Origin: an uncultured Alphaproteobacteria bacterium
Lineage (GTDB): Bacteria; Pseudomonadota; Alphaproteobacteria; Methylaequorales; Methylaequoraceae
Direction of reading: 5' to 3'
Assembly: GCA_902569095.1 (NCBI GenBank)
Contig: CACFSX010000002.1
Location: 40,161 to 104,160, forward strand
DNA length: 64,000 nucleotides
The position numbers and the translations under genes are program-made. Of this stretch, positions 9,867-18,935 are shown piece after piece. The notes under the pieces were generated by a model. It saw only the letters and a program-made list of their open reading frames with translations. It did no database searches and was not told the origin of the DNA. Each line of letters starts with the position of its first letter. Position 1 is the stretch's first letter.

Positions 9867-9997
9867 CAAATGAAGACGATATAGAGTTAAAGGTTTGTAA
9901 AAAATGTGATGCGCCATTACCCTGTGATGCTTTAAGGTTAAATTATTTTAATTTAGATACTTGTATTTGTGATGACTGTTACAGTCAGTTGTCGTAG
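9863..9997 (+). CDS. 44-aa Cys-rich (zinc-ribbon-like) miniprotein
   Basis: Manual ORF MTNEDDIELKVCKKCDAPLPCDALRLNYFNLDTCICDDCYSQLS. ATGA overlap with the upstream stop. Below the ORF-track size cut-off. Confidence 0.35.
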   Translation: MTNEDDIELKVCKKCDAPLPCDALRLNYFNLDTCICDDCYSQLS

Positions 9998-9998
9998 C

Positions 9999-10178
9999 AT
10001 GAGAATAAGAGAAGAAAGAAGTTGTTTTAAGTGTGAGAAATTGTTTTCTGAATTATTTCGATGCAAATATGACGAAAGAGGTAATTGGGTATTTCTTTGC
10101 AAAAACTGTTTAGAAGAATCAAAGTTAAATAATTTGTTTTATCAATATGGTGGAACTTGGAAATCTAAAAAAAGATAG
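9999..10178 (+). CDS. 59-aa zinc-ribbon miniprotein
   Basis: MRIREERSCFKCEKLF...RCKYDERGNWVFLCKNCLEESK has two CxxC pairs. The internal ATG at 9999 is preferred over the GTG at 9969, because it begins 2 nt after the previous stop. Confidence 0.45.
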   Translation: MRIREERSCFKCEKLFSELFRCKYDERGNWVFLCKNCLEESKLNNLFYQYGGTWKSKKR

Positions 10179-10191
10179 AAACATAAAAATC

Positions 10192-10764
10192 ATGTGTGGC
10201 AGATACGTACTTTATTCAAAAGATAAATTTAAAAATAAATATAATATAAATATAAGTCCAAATTATAACATTTCGCCTAATCAAGAAGTATTTGTGATTG
10301 ATCAAAACATTAATATTAATAAACTAAAATGGGGAATTAGAGCTGAATGGAAAAATTCGTTAATCATTAACGCAAGATCAGAAACAATAGAAGTAAAAAA
10401 GTCTTTTGCCAATTTAAATAGATGCGTTTTTATTAGTGACGGTTATTACGAGTGGAAAAGAAGCGGAAAATTTAAGACTCCATATTATCATTATGTTCCA
10501 AACAGTTTTTTGTATTTTGCAGGTTTATGCAATAATATAGGTTGTGTTGTTGTTACTATGGATAGTTTTCAATACCTTTCTAAAGTGCATAGAAGGCAAC
10601 CATTTTTTTTAAAAGAAAATCAAATTGATTCATGGATTAAAAATGAAAATAGTAATATAATTTTTGATGAAATAGTAAATTTTCATAAAGTATCAACTGA
10701 AGTAAATAAAATATGGTGTAATTCAAACGATTTAATTAGTGAAGTTCAAGACAAACCTCAATAA
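10192..10764 (+). CDS. SOS-response-associated peptidase (SRAP / YedK, DUF159), abasic-site processing protein
   Basis: Hallmark N-terminus MCGRY (catalytic Cys2) appears at the internal Met at 10192, so the ORF-track start 10147 is probably too far upstream. Confidence 0.85.
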   Translation: MCGRYVLYSKDKFKNKYNINISPNYNISPNQEVFVIDQNININKLKWGIRAEWKNSLIINARSETIEVKKSFANLNRCVFISDGYYEWKRSGKFKTPYYHYVPNSFLYFAGLCNNIGCVVVTMDSFQYLSKVHRRQPFFLKENQIDSWIKNENSNIIFDEIVNFHKVSTEVNKIWCNSNDLISEVQDKPQ

Positions 10765-10790
10765 AAACAGTTATTTATATAATATATCTT

Positions 10791-11258
10791 ATGCTAAACA
10801 TCATAAAAATATTTTTTATCACGTTTTTAAACTTTTTAGTCCTTTTTGAACTTCAAAGTAAACCAGTTGGTAAAGGCTTATCATGTTTTTCTGAGGAAGA
10901 TTCGGTCAATAATAATTATGAATCATTTCGTGGATTATATTTCGAATCAGACAATTCAATTAGAGTAGTAAGTTTCAAAAGTAAGAATAAATCTCTTAAA
11001 ATTATTTCAAAACTTACTCCTTATAAAATTTCTGAGAAATCTGTAAAATTCAAAATAAAGTTTATTTGGTATGGCGATATTTCTTTTGAAGAATTTACTT
11101 TGAGAAGAAAAGATCTTGAACTAAGTCACGAAATAAATAATGAAAATAGAGTTTTGAAGTGCAAAATTCTAGATGATGAGTTTATGCCAGAAATGATTGA
11201 GTTAAAGAATCTCTTTCAATTGAAATTTGATGATGGTTTAAAGTCAAATAAAATATAA
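10791..11258 (+). CDS. Small secreted two-cysteine protein (paralogue of 7281-7640)
   Basis: See 7281-7640 for the shared motifs and shared C-terminal xNKI. Confidence 0.55.
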   Translation: MLNIIKIFFITFLNFLVLFELQSKPVGKGLSCFSEEDSVNNNYESFRGLYFESDNSIRVVSFKSKNKSLKIISKLTPYKISEKSVKFKIKFIWYGDISFEEFTLRRKDLELSHEINNENRVLKCKILDDEFMPEMIELKNLFQLKFDDGLKSNKI

Positions 11259-11264
11259 AAAAAA

Positions 11265-11288
11265 AGCCTGACTAAATTAAGTCAGGCT
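11265..11288 (-). terminator. Rho-independent terminator (AGCCTGAC-loop-GTCAGGCT), T-run on the minus strand
   Basis: 8-bp GC-containing stem and 8-nt loop. An A8 run on the plus side equals a T8 run after the hairpin on the minus strand. Lies between the convergent 10791-11258 and the pqqA-like gene. Confidence 0.6.
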
Positions 11289-11316
11289 AATTAAATACAT
11301 GAAAATCTCTACTTAT

Positions 11317-11394
11317 TTACTTTTCAGCGCAAGCGTAAGAGTTGATTTCAAGTCCTACTGAGATTTCAGAAATAGTTGGTTTTGTCCAAGCCAT
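11317..11394 (-). CDS. pqqA: PqqA-like 25-aa peptide (coenzyme PQQ precursor family)
   Basis: Manual translation MAWTKPTISEISVGLEINSYACAEK. Matches the PqqA pattern (W-x-K/x-P ... E-x-x-x-Y) and closely resembles alphaproteobacterial PqqA as I remember it. AAGGAG sits 7 nt upstream of the ATG and a terminator lies downstream. Confidence 0.7.
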   Translation of the reverse strand: MAWTKPTISEISVGLEINSYACAEK

Positions 11395-11545
11395 TGTATT
11401 CTCCTTTATGTTAATATTAATAATTGAGAACAATTTACTAGTTTTATCTTAATCAACTCTGATAAGCTTGTTCATAATCCGTTAATGTTGAGAAGTCTTA
11501 AAAAGATGATTGTGTTAGTTTTTGGTTTGGAAGGATGAATGGGAT

Positions 11546-11578
11546 AATAAAGAGAATGAAACTTCATTCTCTTTATTA
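11546..11578 (-). terminator. 15-bp perfect-stem hairpin just downstream of 11586-11828
   Basis: AATAAAGAGAATGAA-ACT-TTCATTCTCTTTATT. No clean T-run, so the terminator call is tentative. Confidence 0.4.
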
Positions 11579-11585
11579 CTATAGA

Positions 11586-11828
11586 TTAGTTGTTTAGTAG
11601 TGCCAGAGCTCTATCAAAGATTTCTTCAGCGTTTTCAAGCTCACCGATTTCTAACTTTTCAGCTCCTTGAGTTCTGAGATTAGATATCTGTGCAAAAGTT
11701 TCTGTATTTATTGAACTTTTGTTGGAAAATAACTTTGAATCAACTTCAGCCATTTTTTGATAAGGGCAAGCTTCAGCACTAGAAGAAATGACGAAAGCTG
11801 CAGCTAGGCATAAAATAATTTTTTTCAT
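11586..11828 (-). CDS. Small secreted hypothetical protein
   Basis: 80 aa with signal peptide MKKIILCLAAAFVISSSAEA. Confidence 0.5.
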   Translation of the reverse strand: MKKIILCLAAAFVISSSAEACPYQKMAEVDSKLFSNKSSINTETFAQISNLRTQGAEKLEIGELENAEEIFDRALALLNN

Positions 11829-12034
11829 AATTTATCCTTTTGGTTATTTATTTAAGATAATACATCAAATTTTTTTTTCTATTATTATTTTTTTAAGTTG
11901 TATTTTAATGTAAAATTTAATTTTGCAAATTGATTTTTTGCTTTTTACTCATTAATAATTCAGAAACATTATTTTTTTTAAAATTCTTTTGTAAATAAGT
12001 AAAAATCTAAAAAATTTAAAAAGGAATATATTTA

Positions 12035-12871
12035 ATGGAATTCTCTGGAAGTAAAAATTATATTTCAACAATTGACTTAACTGTTGCTGTAAATGCCTCA
12101 ATTGCTTTGGAGAAACCATTATTGGTGAAAGGAGAACCAGGTACTGGTAAGACAGAGTTAGCAAGACAGATTGCCAGTAGTTTAAAGCTAGAAATAATTG
12201 AATGGAGCATAAAGTCGACAACAAAGGCACAGCAAGGCTTATATGAGTACGATGCTGTTAGTAGATTAAGAGACAGTCAGCTTGGTGAAGAAATAAAAGA
12301 TATTACTAAGTATATTAAAAAAGGTAAAATATGGGAATCTTTTGAAACAACGAAAAAATCAGTTCTTTTAATTGATGAAATCGATAAAGCTGATATTGAA
12401 TTTCCCAACGATTTACTCCAAGAATTGGATAAAATGGAGTTTTACATATACGAAACAGGAGAAGTTATTAAAGCTAACCACAGACCAATAATAATCATAA
12501 CTTCCAATAATGAAAAAGAGCTTCCTGAGGCGTTTTTAAGGAGATGTTTCTTCCATTATATACAATTCCCTGAAATTGATACACTAAGAAAAATAGTTGA
12601 AGTTCATTTTCCAGATATAAAAAAATCATTATTAGAGACTGCGCTAAAAACATTTTTTCAGATAAGAGAAGTTCCAGGATTAAAAAAAAAACCATCTACA
12701 TCAGAAGCCCTTGATTGGATAAAACTTTTATTGGTAGAGGATTTGGACTCAAAAGATTTGAAATCAGATGGAAAGAACATATTACCAAAGCTTCATGGGG
12801 CGTTGCTAAAAAATGAACAAGATATTCAACTCTTTGAGCAATTAGCGTTTATGTCAAGAAGAGAAGATTAA
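12035..12871 (+). CDS. MoxR-family AAA+ ATPase
   Basis: Walker A GEPGTGKT and Walker B LLIDEIDKA. Size and partner gene are typical of MoxR/CoxD-like ATPases. Confidence 0.85.
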   Translation: MEFSGSKNYISTIDLTVAVNASIALEKPLLVKGEPGTGKTELARQIASSLKLEIIEWSIKSTTKAQQGLYEYDAVSRLRDSQLGEEIKDITKYIKKGKIWESFETTKKSVLLIDEIDKADIEFPNDLLQELDKMEFYIYETGEVIKANHRPIIIITSNNEKELPEAFLRRCFFHYIQFPEIDTLRKIVEVHFPDIKKSLLETALKTFFQIREVPGLKKKPSTSEALDWIKLLLVEDLDSKDLKSDGKNILPKLHGALLKNEQDIQLFEQLAFMSRRED

Positions 12872-12875
12872 GTTT

Positions 12876-14072
12876 ATGTTTTTAGATTTTTTCCTCAAAT
12901 TAAAAAATGCTAAAATACCTGTATCGATAAACGAATTTTTAAGTCTTCTCAATGCTTGCAACAATCAAGTAATTTCATATGACATTAATGCATTTTATTA
13001 TTTGGCAAGAACATGTTTGATAAAAGACGAAAAACTTTTTGATAGGTTTGACTTAGTTTTTGGCGAATATTTCAAATCAATTGAAAGAATTGAATTAGAA
13101 GATGTGATGTCATCCATGGACATCCCTGATGATTGGATCAAACAAATGTTTAATAGATATTTCACAGAAGACGAAATTAACAGAATTAAATCTCAAGGTG
13201 GTATTGAAAAACTTTTAAAAACTTTAAAACAAAGATTAAAAGATCAAAAAAAAAGACATCAGGGCGGAAATAAATGGATTGGAACCTCAGGAACTTCTCC
13301 ATTCGGAGCATATGGGTATAATCCTGAGGGCATAAGAATTGGTCAGGATAAAAGGCGTCATGGAAAAGCAATAAAAGTTTGGGATAAAAGGATTTTTAGA
13401 GATTTTGATAATACCAAGGAATTTAATAACAGAAGTTTTAAAGTAGCATTAAAGAAACTAAGACAATGGGCCAGAACTGGAATTAACCAGGAGTTGGATA
13501 TAGAAGAAACAATATCTGATACTGCAAAAAATGGAATTTTGAACATCAAAACAAAAAAAGAAAGAGAAAATTCAATCAAAGTTTTATTGTTTTTAGATGT
13601 TGGTGGTTCCATGGACAGTCATATTGAGCAAGTTGAACAACTTTTTTCAGCTGCTAGTAATGTATTTAAAAATCTTCATTATTTTTATTTCCATAACTGC
13701 TTATACGAGGGTATTTGGAAAAACAATAACAGAAGATGGAATGAAAGGTTATCAACATATGATGTTATAAGAACTTATGGAAAAGAATTTAAATGTATCT
13801 TTGTTGGAGATGCCACTATGAGTCCATACGAAATTGTAATTCCAGGTGGAGGTAATGAACATTTTAACGATGAACCTGGAAGAGTTTGGTTGGAAAGAGC
13901 TATTACTCAATGGCCGTCATATATATGGATAAATCCAGTTATCGAAAAATATTGGGAGTATTCAGAATCTACAATGATAATAAAAGATATTTTTAAGAAT
14001 CGGATGGTACCATTAACATTGGATGGAATTGACAAAGCTACAAGGATCCTCGCTAAACCAAATTATAATTAA
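12876..14072 (+). CDS. VWA-domain protein (CoxE-like partner of MoxR)
   Basis: MIDAS-like LLFLDVGGSMDS. Located 4 nt after the MoxR gene, the canonical MoxR-VWA pair. Confidence 0.75.
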   Translation: MFLDFFLKLKNAKIPVSINEFLSLLNACNNQVISYDINAFYYLARTCLIKDEKLFDRFDLVFGEYFKSIERIELEDVMSSMDIPDDWIKQMFNRYFTEDEINRIKSQGGIEKLLKTLKQRLKDQKKRHQGGNKWIGTSGTSPFGAYGYNPEGIRIGQDKRRHGKAIKVWDKRIFRDFDNTKEFNNRSFKVALKKLRQWARTGINQELDIEETISDTAKNGILNIKTKKERENSIKVLLFLDVGGSMDSHIEQVEQLFSAASNVFKNLHYFYFHNCLYEGIWKNNNRRWNERLSTYDVIRTYGKEFKCIFVGDATMSPYEIVIPGGGNEHFNDEPGRVWLERAITQWPSYIWINPVIEKYWEYSESTMIIKDIFKNRMVPLTLDGIDKATRILAKPNYN

Positions 14073-14354
14073 GAAATTATTATTTTTTAATTATTAAATT
14101 TTTCTTATTTTTAGTTCCTTGTTTAACCTTTTTTTCCAAATAACTAGGATTAACTTTAATTGGGTATGAATTGTTATCCTTACAGTATTTTGATCTAACT
14201 GAATCAAAAAAGTTATTATTAGAATAACCATTAGAAAAAACAAGACTAAGGCTAGAAATATTAAAATTCGATTGAATTTACGTAATAATTTCACTATTAA
14301 CTTCAATTAAAATTTTAATTTATAATAATAATGAATAACTGAAAGTTTTATAAG

Positions 14355-14615
14355 ATGAATGAAAAAGTAAATACACTCTTTAAAAAAGTTGATTATTGGA
14401 GATGGTTTGGTTTTTTTTTAGCAGTAATCGGAGCGTATGTCCTTGGAAATGCAAAAGTATCGTCTCAATCTATTGGTTGGATTATATGTAGTTTCTCATG
14501 CCTTATATGGATTATTATGGGAATAAAAGATAAAGACATTCCAAGAACTTTAATGGAAGTGATGTATTTTGTGATTGGCATTAGAGCAACAATTAATTGG
14601 CTTGATTTTAGCTAA
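14355..14615 (+). CDS. Small 3-TM membrane protein, hypothetical
   Basis: 86 aa with three hydrophobic segments. Confidence 0.4.
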   Translation: MNEKVNTLFKKVDYWRWFGFFLAVIGAYVLGNAKVSSQSIGWIICSFSCLIWIIMGIKDKDIPRTLMEVMYFVIGIRATINWLDFS

Positions 14616-14719
14616 TTTTGCATAAAGATAAATCCAACAACTATTTTAAAAGATTTTTTTAAATTATTCTCTTCAATTTTTGAGGGCAGCGAAAGGAAAA
14701 TCATATATAATATTTTAAT

Positions 14720-14992
14720 ATGAAGAACTGGTGGGTCTACATAATCCAATGCCGAAATAATAGTTTGTACACAGGTATAACAACTGATGTCGAACGACGA
14801 CTGGATGAACACCAAAACGATAATAAAAAAGCTTCTAAGTATTGCGCGAGACTTCGTCCCCTTAAACTAGTCTATAAAAGCTCTGCGTATGAAAGTAAAA
14901 GTGATGCATCCAAAGAGGAGTATCGTATTAAACAATTATGTCATAAAGACAAACTTAAAATTATAAAAAAGGTTTATGAACGAACTAGCTAA
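14720..14992 (+). CDS. GIY-YIG nuclease-family protein (UPF0213-like)
   Basis: WWVYIIQCRNNSLYTGITTDVERRLDEH matches the GIY-YIG core (YIxx...LYxG...R..eH). Confidence 0.8.
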   Translation: MKNWWVYIIQCRNNSLYTGITTDVERRLDEHQNDNKKASKYCARLRPLKLVYKSSAYESKSDASKEEYRIKQLCHKDKLKIIKKVYERTS

Positions 14993-16790
14993 AACTCTAG
15001 AAAATGTATTTGGGTTTTCCTCTTTTAGACCAGGGCAAGAGGAAATTATTAATCATTTAATGCAGAAGAAAAAACTATTAGCAGTTATGCCCACAGGAGC
15101 AGGAAAATCTTTATGCTTTCAACTCCCAGCCTTGCTCTTTGAAAATCAGACTATTGTGGTGTCTCCACTTTTAGCTCTTATGGACGACCAAGTTATCGGC
15201 TTGAAGGATTTGGGTGTTAAGGCTGAACGAGTTCACTCTGGAATGGCTATGACCGAGAGAGAACAAGTATGGGAGGATTTTAAAAATAAAATAATTAAAA
15301 TTTTATACATCTCGCCTGAATCTTTAATGCGTAATGAAATGATATGCGCATTAAAGCCATTGAATATTAGTATGTTTGTTGTTGATGAAGCTCATTGTAT
15401 TTCTAAATGGGGGAGTGATTTTAGAAGAGAGTATGAACTCTTAAAAGAACTTCAAAATCATTTTCCTGAAGCAGTTATTTCAGCATTTACTGCAACAGCT
15501 GATGAAGAAACACGTAGCGACATTAACAACAAATTAACTAATGGCAAAGGTAAAATATTTCTTCATGGTTTTAATCGTCCTAACCTCTCTTTAGCTGTGC
15601 AACAAAAAACTAACAACTGGAAAGCTCAACTTCTTGAATTCTTAGAAAATAGAAAAAATCAATCAGGTATTGTGTATTGTTTGTCTCAAAAACTCACTGA
15701 ACAATGCTCTGAATTTTTGAGATCAGAGGGATTCAAGGCATATCCGTTTCATGCTGGATTAGATACTCAGGTAAAAATTGATACCCAAGATAAATTTATG
15801 ACAGAAGACAATATTGTAGTTTGTGCGACAATAGCGTTTGGAATGGGGATTGATAAAGCTGATGTTAGGTATATAGCTCATATAAGTTTGCCTAGTAGTA
15901 TGGAAGCTTTCTATCAGGAAATTGGAAGAGCTGGGCGAGACGGCCTAGAGGCTGATACTTTACTAATTTTTGGTTTACAGGATTTATTTCAACGCAAACG
16001 TTTTATTGATATGAGCGATGCCCATGATAGTTTTAAAATTAAAGAGCATAAACGATTAGATGCATTGATCGCGTATTGTGATTCGGCTACTTGTAGGCGT
16101 CAAACATTATTATCTTATTTTAAAGAAACCTGCGAAATATGTGGTGTGTGTGATAATTGTCTTAATCCTCCTCAAATGATTGAAGGAACAGAGTATGCAC
16201 AGATGGTTTTATCAGCTATATATCGTACAGGTCAATACTTTGGTTCGGGACATATTGTTGATGTGCTGAGAGGGGTTTTAAGTGACAAAGTCAAAGCAAA
16301 AGGACACGACACAATTAAAACATTTGGAGTAGGACGAACAGCTTCGACTGATTTTTGGAAAACATTTATTCGTCAGATGGTGTCAGCAAATTACTTGCTT
16401 ATTAATATTCAGCGTTATGGTGCATTACAAATTACATCAAAGGGCGAAATGGTTCTTAAAGGAGAGGACGAATATTTTTATCGTAAGATCGTATTTAATC
16501 AGCCTATTAAAACAAAAAGGATTAAACCTGAAACTATTGATAGTGAAACACTTGATGATGAAAAAGAATTATTCTCAGCATTAAAATCTAAACGTTTGGA
16601 ATTGGCTCGCAAAAGGCGAGTTCCTGCTTACATAATTTTTCCAGATTCGACTCTTCATCAAATGCTACTTCATAAACCCCAAACAATCTGGGAGCTGGGA
16701 AAGCTAAATGGAGTAGGGCCACAAAAGTTAGAAAAATATGGCGAAGCTTTTTTATCTATTATTACAAACGAAAAATACTCTAATGATTAG
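14976..16790 (+). CDS. recQ: ATP-dependent DNA helicase RecQ
   Basis: FRPGQEEII, MPTGAGKSLCFQ, VDEAHCISKWG, a Zn-binding Cys cluster (CRRQ..C..C..CDNC), and a C-terminal HRDC-like segment (LKSKRLELARKRRVPAYIIF). Confidence 0.95.
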   Translation: MNELAKTLENVFGFSSFRPGQEEIINHLMQKKKLLAVMPTGAGKSLCFQLPALLFENQTIVVSPLLALMDDQVIGLKDLGVKAERVHSGMAMTEREQVWEDFKNKIIKILYISPESLMRNEMICALKPLNISMFVVDEAHCISKWGSDFRREYELLKELQNHFPEAVISAFTATADEETRSDINNKLTNGKGKIFLHGFNRPNLSLAVQQKTNNWKAQLLEFLENRKNQSGIVYCLSQKLTEQCSEFLRSEGFKAYPFHAGLDTQVKIDTQDKFMTEDNIVVCATIAFGMGIDKADVRYIAHISLPSSMEAFYQEIGRAGRDGLEADTLLIFGLQDLFQRKRFIDMSDAHDSFKIKEHKRLDALIAYCDSATCRRQTLLSYFKETCEICGVCDNCLNPPQMIEGTEYAQMVLSAIYRTGQYFGSGHIVDVLRGVLSDKVKAKGHDTIKTFGVGRTASTDFWKTFIRQMVSANYLLINIQRYGALQITSKGEMVLKGEDEYFYRKIVFNQPIKTKRIKPETIDSETLDDEKELFSALKSKRLELARKRRVPAYIIFPDSTLHQMLLHKPQTIWELGKLNGVGPQKLEKYGEAFLSIITNEKYSND

Positions 16791-17430
16791 AATCATAAAC
16801 GTTTTTATTATTTTATTTTTAGTTGTAAGTGTTTCTGAAGCTAAATCTCCTGAAGAAATGATTAAAGAATCTATTGCAAACTATCCTGGAAAATGCCCAT
16901 GTCCTTATTCAATAATGAGTAACGGTAAAGATTGTGGAAAAAGAAGTGCATACTCAAAACCTGGTGGTTATGAGCCGTTGTGCTACGTTTCAGATATTAC
17001 AGCTGTAAAAAATGATAGTGTAAATACACAACAAGAAATAAGAATTGTTGATGGAGATACTATCCATATTAATAAAATTAAATATAGACTTCACGGTATT
17101 GATGCACCTGAAATGAAGCAATTATGTAAAATGAAAGAAAAAAATTATAAATGTGGGGTCAAATCAAAAGAATTTTTAGGTTCTCTCATTGGCAATCAGT
17201 CCGTTAAGTGTAATCACAAAGATAGAGATAGATACAAACGAATTGTTGCTGAATGTTTTGTAGGTCAAACCAACCTAAATAAAGAACTGGTAAGAAATGG
17301 GTGGGCTCTTGCTTACAGAGATTATTCCAAAGACTATGTTATTGATGAAGAATACGCCCAAGAAAACAATCTAGGTATGTGGAAGGGAACATTTATTCAT
17401 CCGAAAAAATGGAGAAAACTAAATAGATGA
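16783..17430 (+). CDS. Secreted thermonuclease (SNase/micrococcal nuclease-like)
   Basis: IVDGDTIHI..YRLHGIDAPE...DRYKRIVAEC...LVRNGWALAY. The internal ATG at 16783 gives a signal peptide (MIRIINVFIILFLVV) and overlaps the recQ stop. Confidence 0.8.
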   Translation: MIRIINVFIILFLVVSVSEAKSPEEMIKESIANYPGKCPCPYSIMSNGKDCGKRSAYSKPGGYEPLCYVSDITAVKNDSVNTQQEIRIVDGDTIHINKIKYRLHGIDAPEMKQLCKMKEKNYKCGVKSKEFLGSLIGNQSVKCNHKDRDRYKRIVAECFVGQTNLNKELVRNGWALAYRDYSKDYVIDEEYAQENNLGMWKGTFIHPKKWRKLNR

Positions 17431-17711
17431 AAAATATAAAGGGCACTGATTTTCAAAAAATGGTGTGGTCAGAGATAACAAAAATTCCTAAAGGAAAAAC
17501 AATCACTTATAAAGAACTTGCGATGAAAATAGGGAAACCCAAAGCTTACCGAGCTGTTGCTAATGCATGTAGTAAGAATCCATTATTAAAAATAATTCCA
17601 TGTCACAGAGTCATTAGAGGAGATGGAAAAATGGGAGGATATAAAGGAAAAAAAGGAATAGAAAGAAAAAAAAGACTGCTTATCAATGAAGGAGTAAAAT
17701 TACATAAATAG
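17427..17711 (+). CDS. MGMT-family protein (methylated-DNA-protein-cysteine methyltransferase DNA-binding/active-site domain only)
   Basis: PCHRVI active-site motif; 94 aa; ATGA overlap with the upstream gene. Confidence 0.8.
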   Translation: MKNIKGTDFQKMVWSEITKIPKGKTITYKELAMKIGKPKAYRAVANACSKNPLLKIIPCHRVIRGDGKMGGYKGKKGIERKKRLLINEGVKLHK

Positions 17712-17797
17712 TATTTTCCTAATAATAGAGATTCAATTGCATTATAAATAATTTACAATACTGTTAAGCAATAAAAAGTAATACATGATGGTTTATT

Positions 17798-18001
17798 TTA
17801 TTTCTTGAAAAAAATTAATATCAAACTAACGACCACACTAACAACGATACAAGTAACTATTGGAAAATAAAAAGATGAGTTTTCTTTTTTAATGACAATA
17901 TCACCTGGTAATCTTCCAAATCCAAGATCCCTAAGAAATGGATACAATAGTCCGATAAGAATTAATAGTAACCCAATTATAATTAGTAATTTTTGAATCA
18001 T
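17798..18001 (-). CDS. DUF2905-like small membrane protein
   Basis: 67 aa with GRLPGDI between two TM segments. Confidence 0.55.
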   Translation of the reverse strand: MIQKLLIIIGLLLILIGLLYPFLRDLGFGRLPGDIVIKKENSSFYFPIVTCIVVSVVVSLILIFFKK

Positions 18002-18058
18002 AATTTAATTTTATGCTTAAATAAATTATTTGAAAATATAATTTAAATTTATTAAGAT

Positions 18059-18361
18059 TTGACTATGAAAAGTAAAATTATAATTCCATTTTTATTTTTA
18101 TTCCTTGCTTCCTGTTCAAGTATTGATAACAAAACTATTGGTAACACATTAGGTGCTGCAGCAGGTGGAGTTATTGGTGCTCAATTTGGAGCTGGAACTG
18201 GCAAACTATTTATGACAGCTATTGGTGCCGGTTTAGGGTCCTTAGTTGGTGGTGAGATAGCGGATGAATTATCTGTAGACAAAGTCAAAAAGAAATGTGA
18301 AGAGTTGGGCTTTGAAGAAAACACCTCTGAGTTTGAAAATTGTCTAAATAAACTTAAATAA
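18059..18361 (+). CDS. Glycine-zipper lipoprotein (17-kDa surface antigen-like)
   Basis: Lipobox LASCSS followed by GAAAGGVIGAQFGAGTGKLFMTAIGAGLGSLVGG. Confidence 0.65.
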   Translation: MTMKSKIIIPFLFLFLASCSSIDNKTIGNTLGAAAGGVIGAQFGAGTGKLFMTAIGAGLGSLVGGEIADELSVDKVKKKCEELGFEENTSEFENCLNKLK

Positions 18362-18520
18362 GAACATACTAAAATAATTAAAAGTTAGAAGCTCTGTGAT
18401 CTTTATGCTAAATGTCGTAAAGTGGTCTGTATTACTTTCCTAAAGAAGTTTATTAATAAAATAAATTTAATTTAATTCAAAGAAATTTAATACTATTGAA
18501 TTTTTTTATTTTATTAGTAT

Positions 18521-18739
18521 TTGTATGATATGAAATTTTTTTTTTATTATTTAATCGTTTGCTTAGTAACTTTTTTTTCTGACACAAAGGGAAATTTTAT
18601 AAATGATGTTAGAGATAAATTTGGTAATTCTGACAAGTCTTATTCAATAAAAATGAAACACATTAATAAAGATACTAAGAACAGTGAGTCTAATAAGAAA
18701 AAATTAAAAAAGGAAAAAAAAAAAGGTGGATATAGGTAG
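18521..18739 (+). CDS. Small hypothetical protein with a Lys-rich tail
   Basis: ORF only, with a hydrophobic N-terminus. Weak support. Confidence 0.3.
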   Translation: MYDMKFFFYYLIVCLVTFFSDTKGNFINDVRDKFGNSDKSYSIKMKHINKDTKNSESNKKKLKKEKKKGGYR

Positions 18740-18935
18740 CAACAGGAAAATAAAAAAACAATCCATTTAATTTCCTCAAATTAACGTCTTTTACTTATGA
18801 GGGTATAGGTTTAAAAATCATTGGGGATTCTAAATCAAAAGCTGACACTACTGTGCTACTTCTTATGAACACTTTGTTAAATAAATATCTTATCTTCGCT
18901 TGAGTTTTATAATTTATATTCATATATAATTTTAT

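Noticed and set aside
14094-14306. 70-aa minus-strand ORF in the VWA / 14355 intergenic region
   Set aside because: Its AT-driven Leu/Ile/Lys composition, lack of an SD and lack of any motif mean it cannot be distinguished from a chance ORF in about 30% GC DNA.
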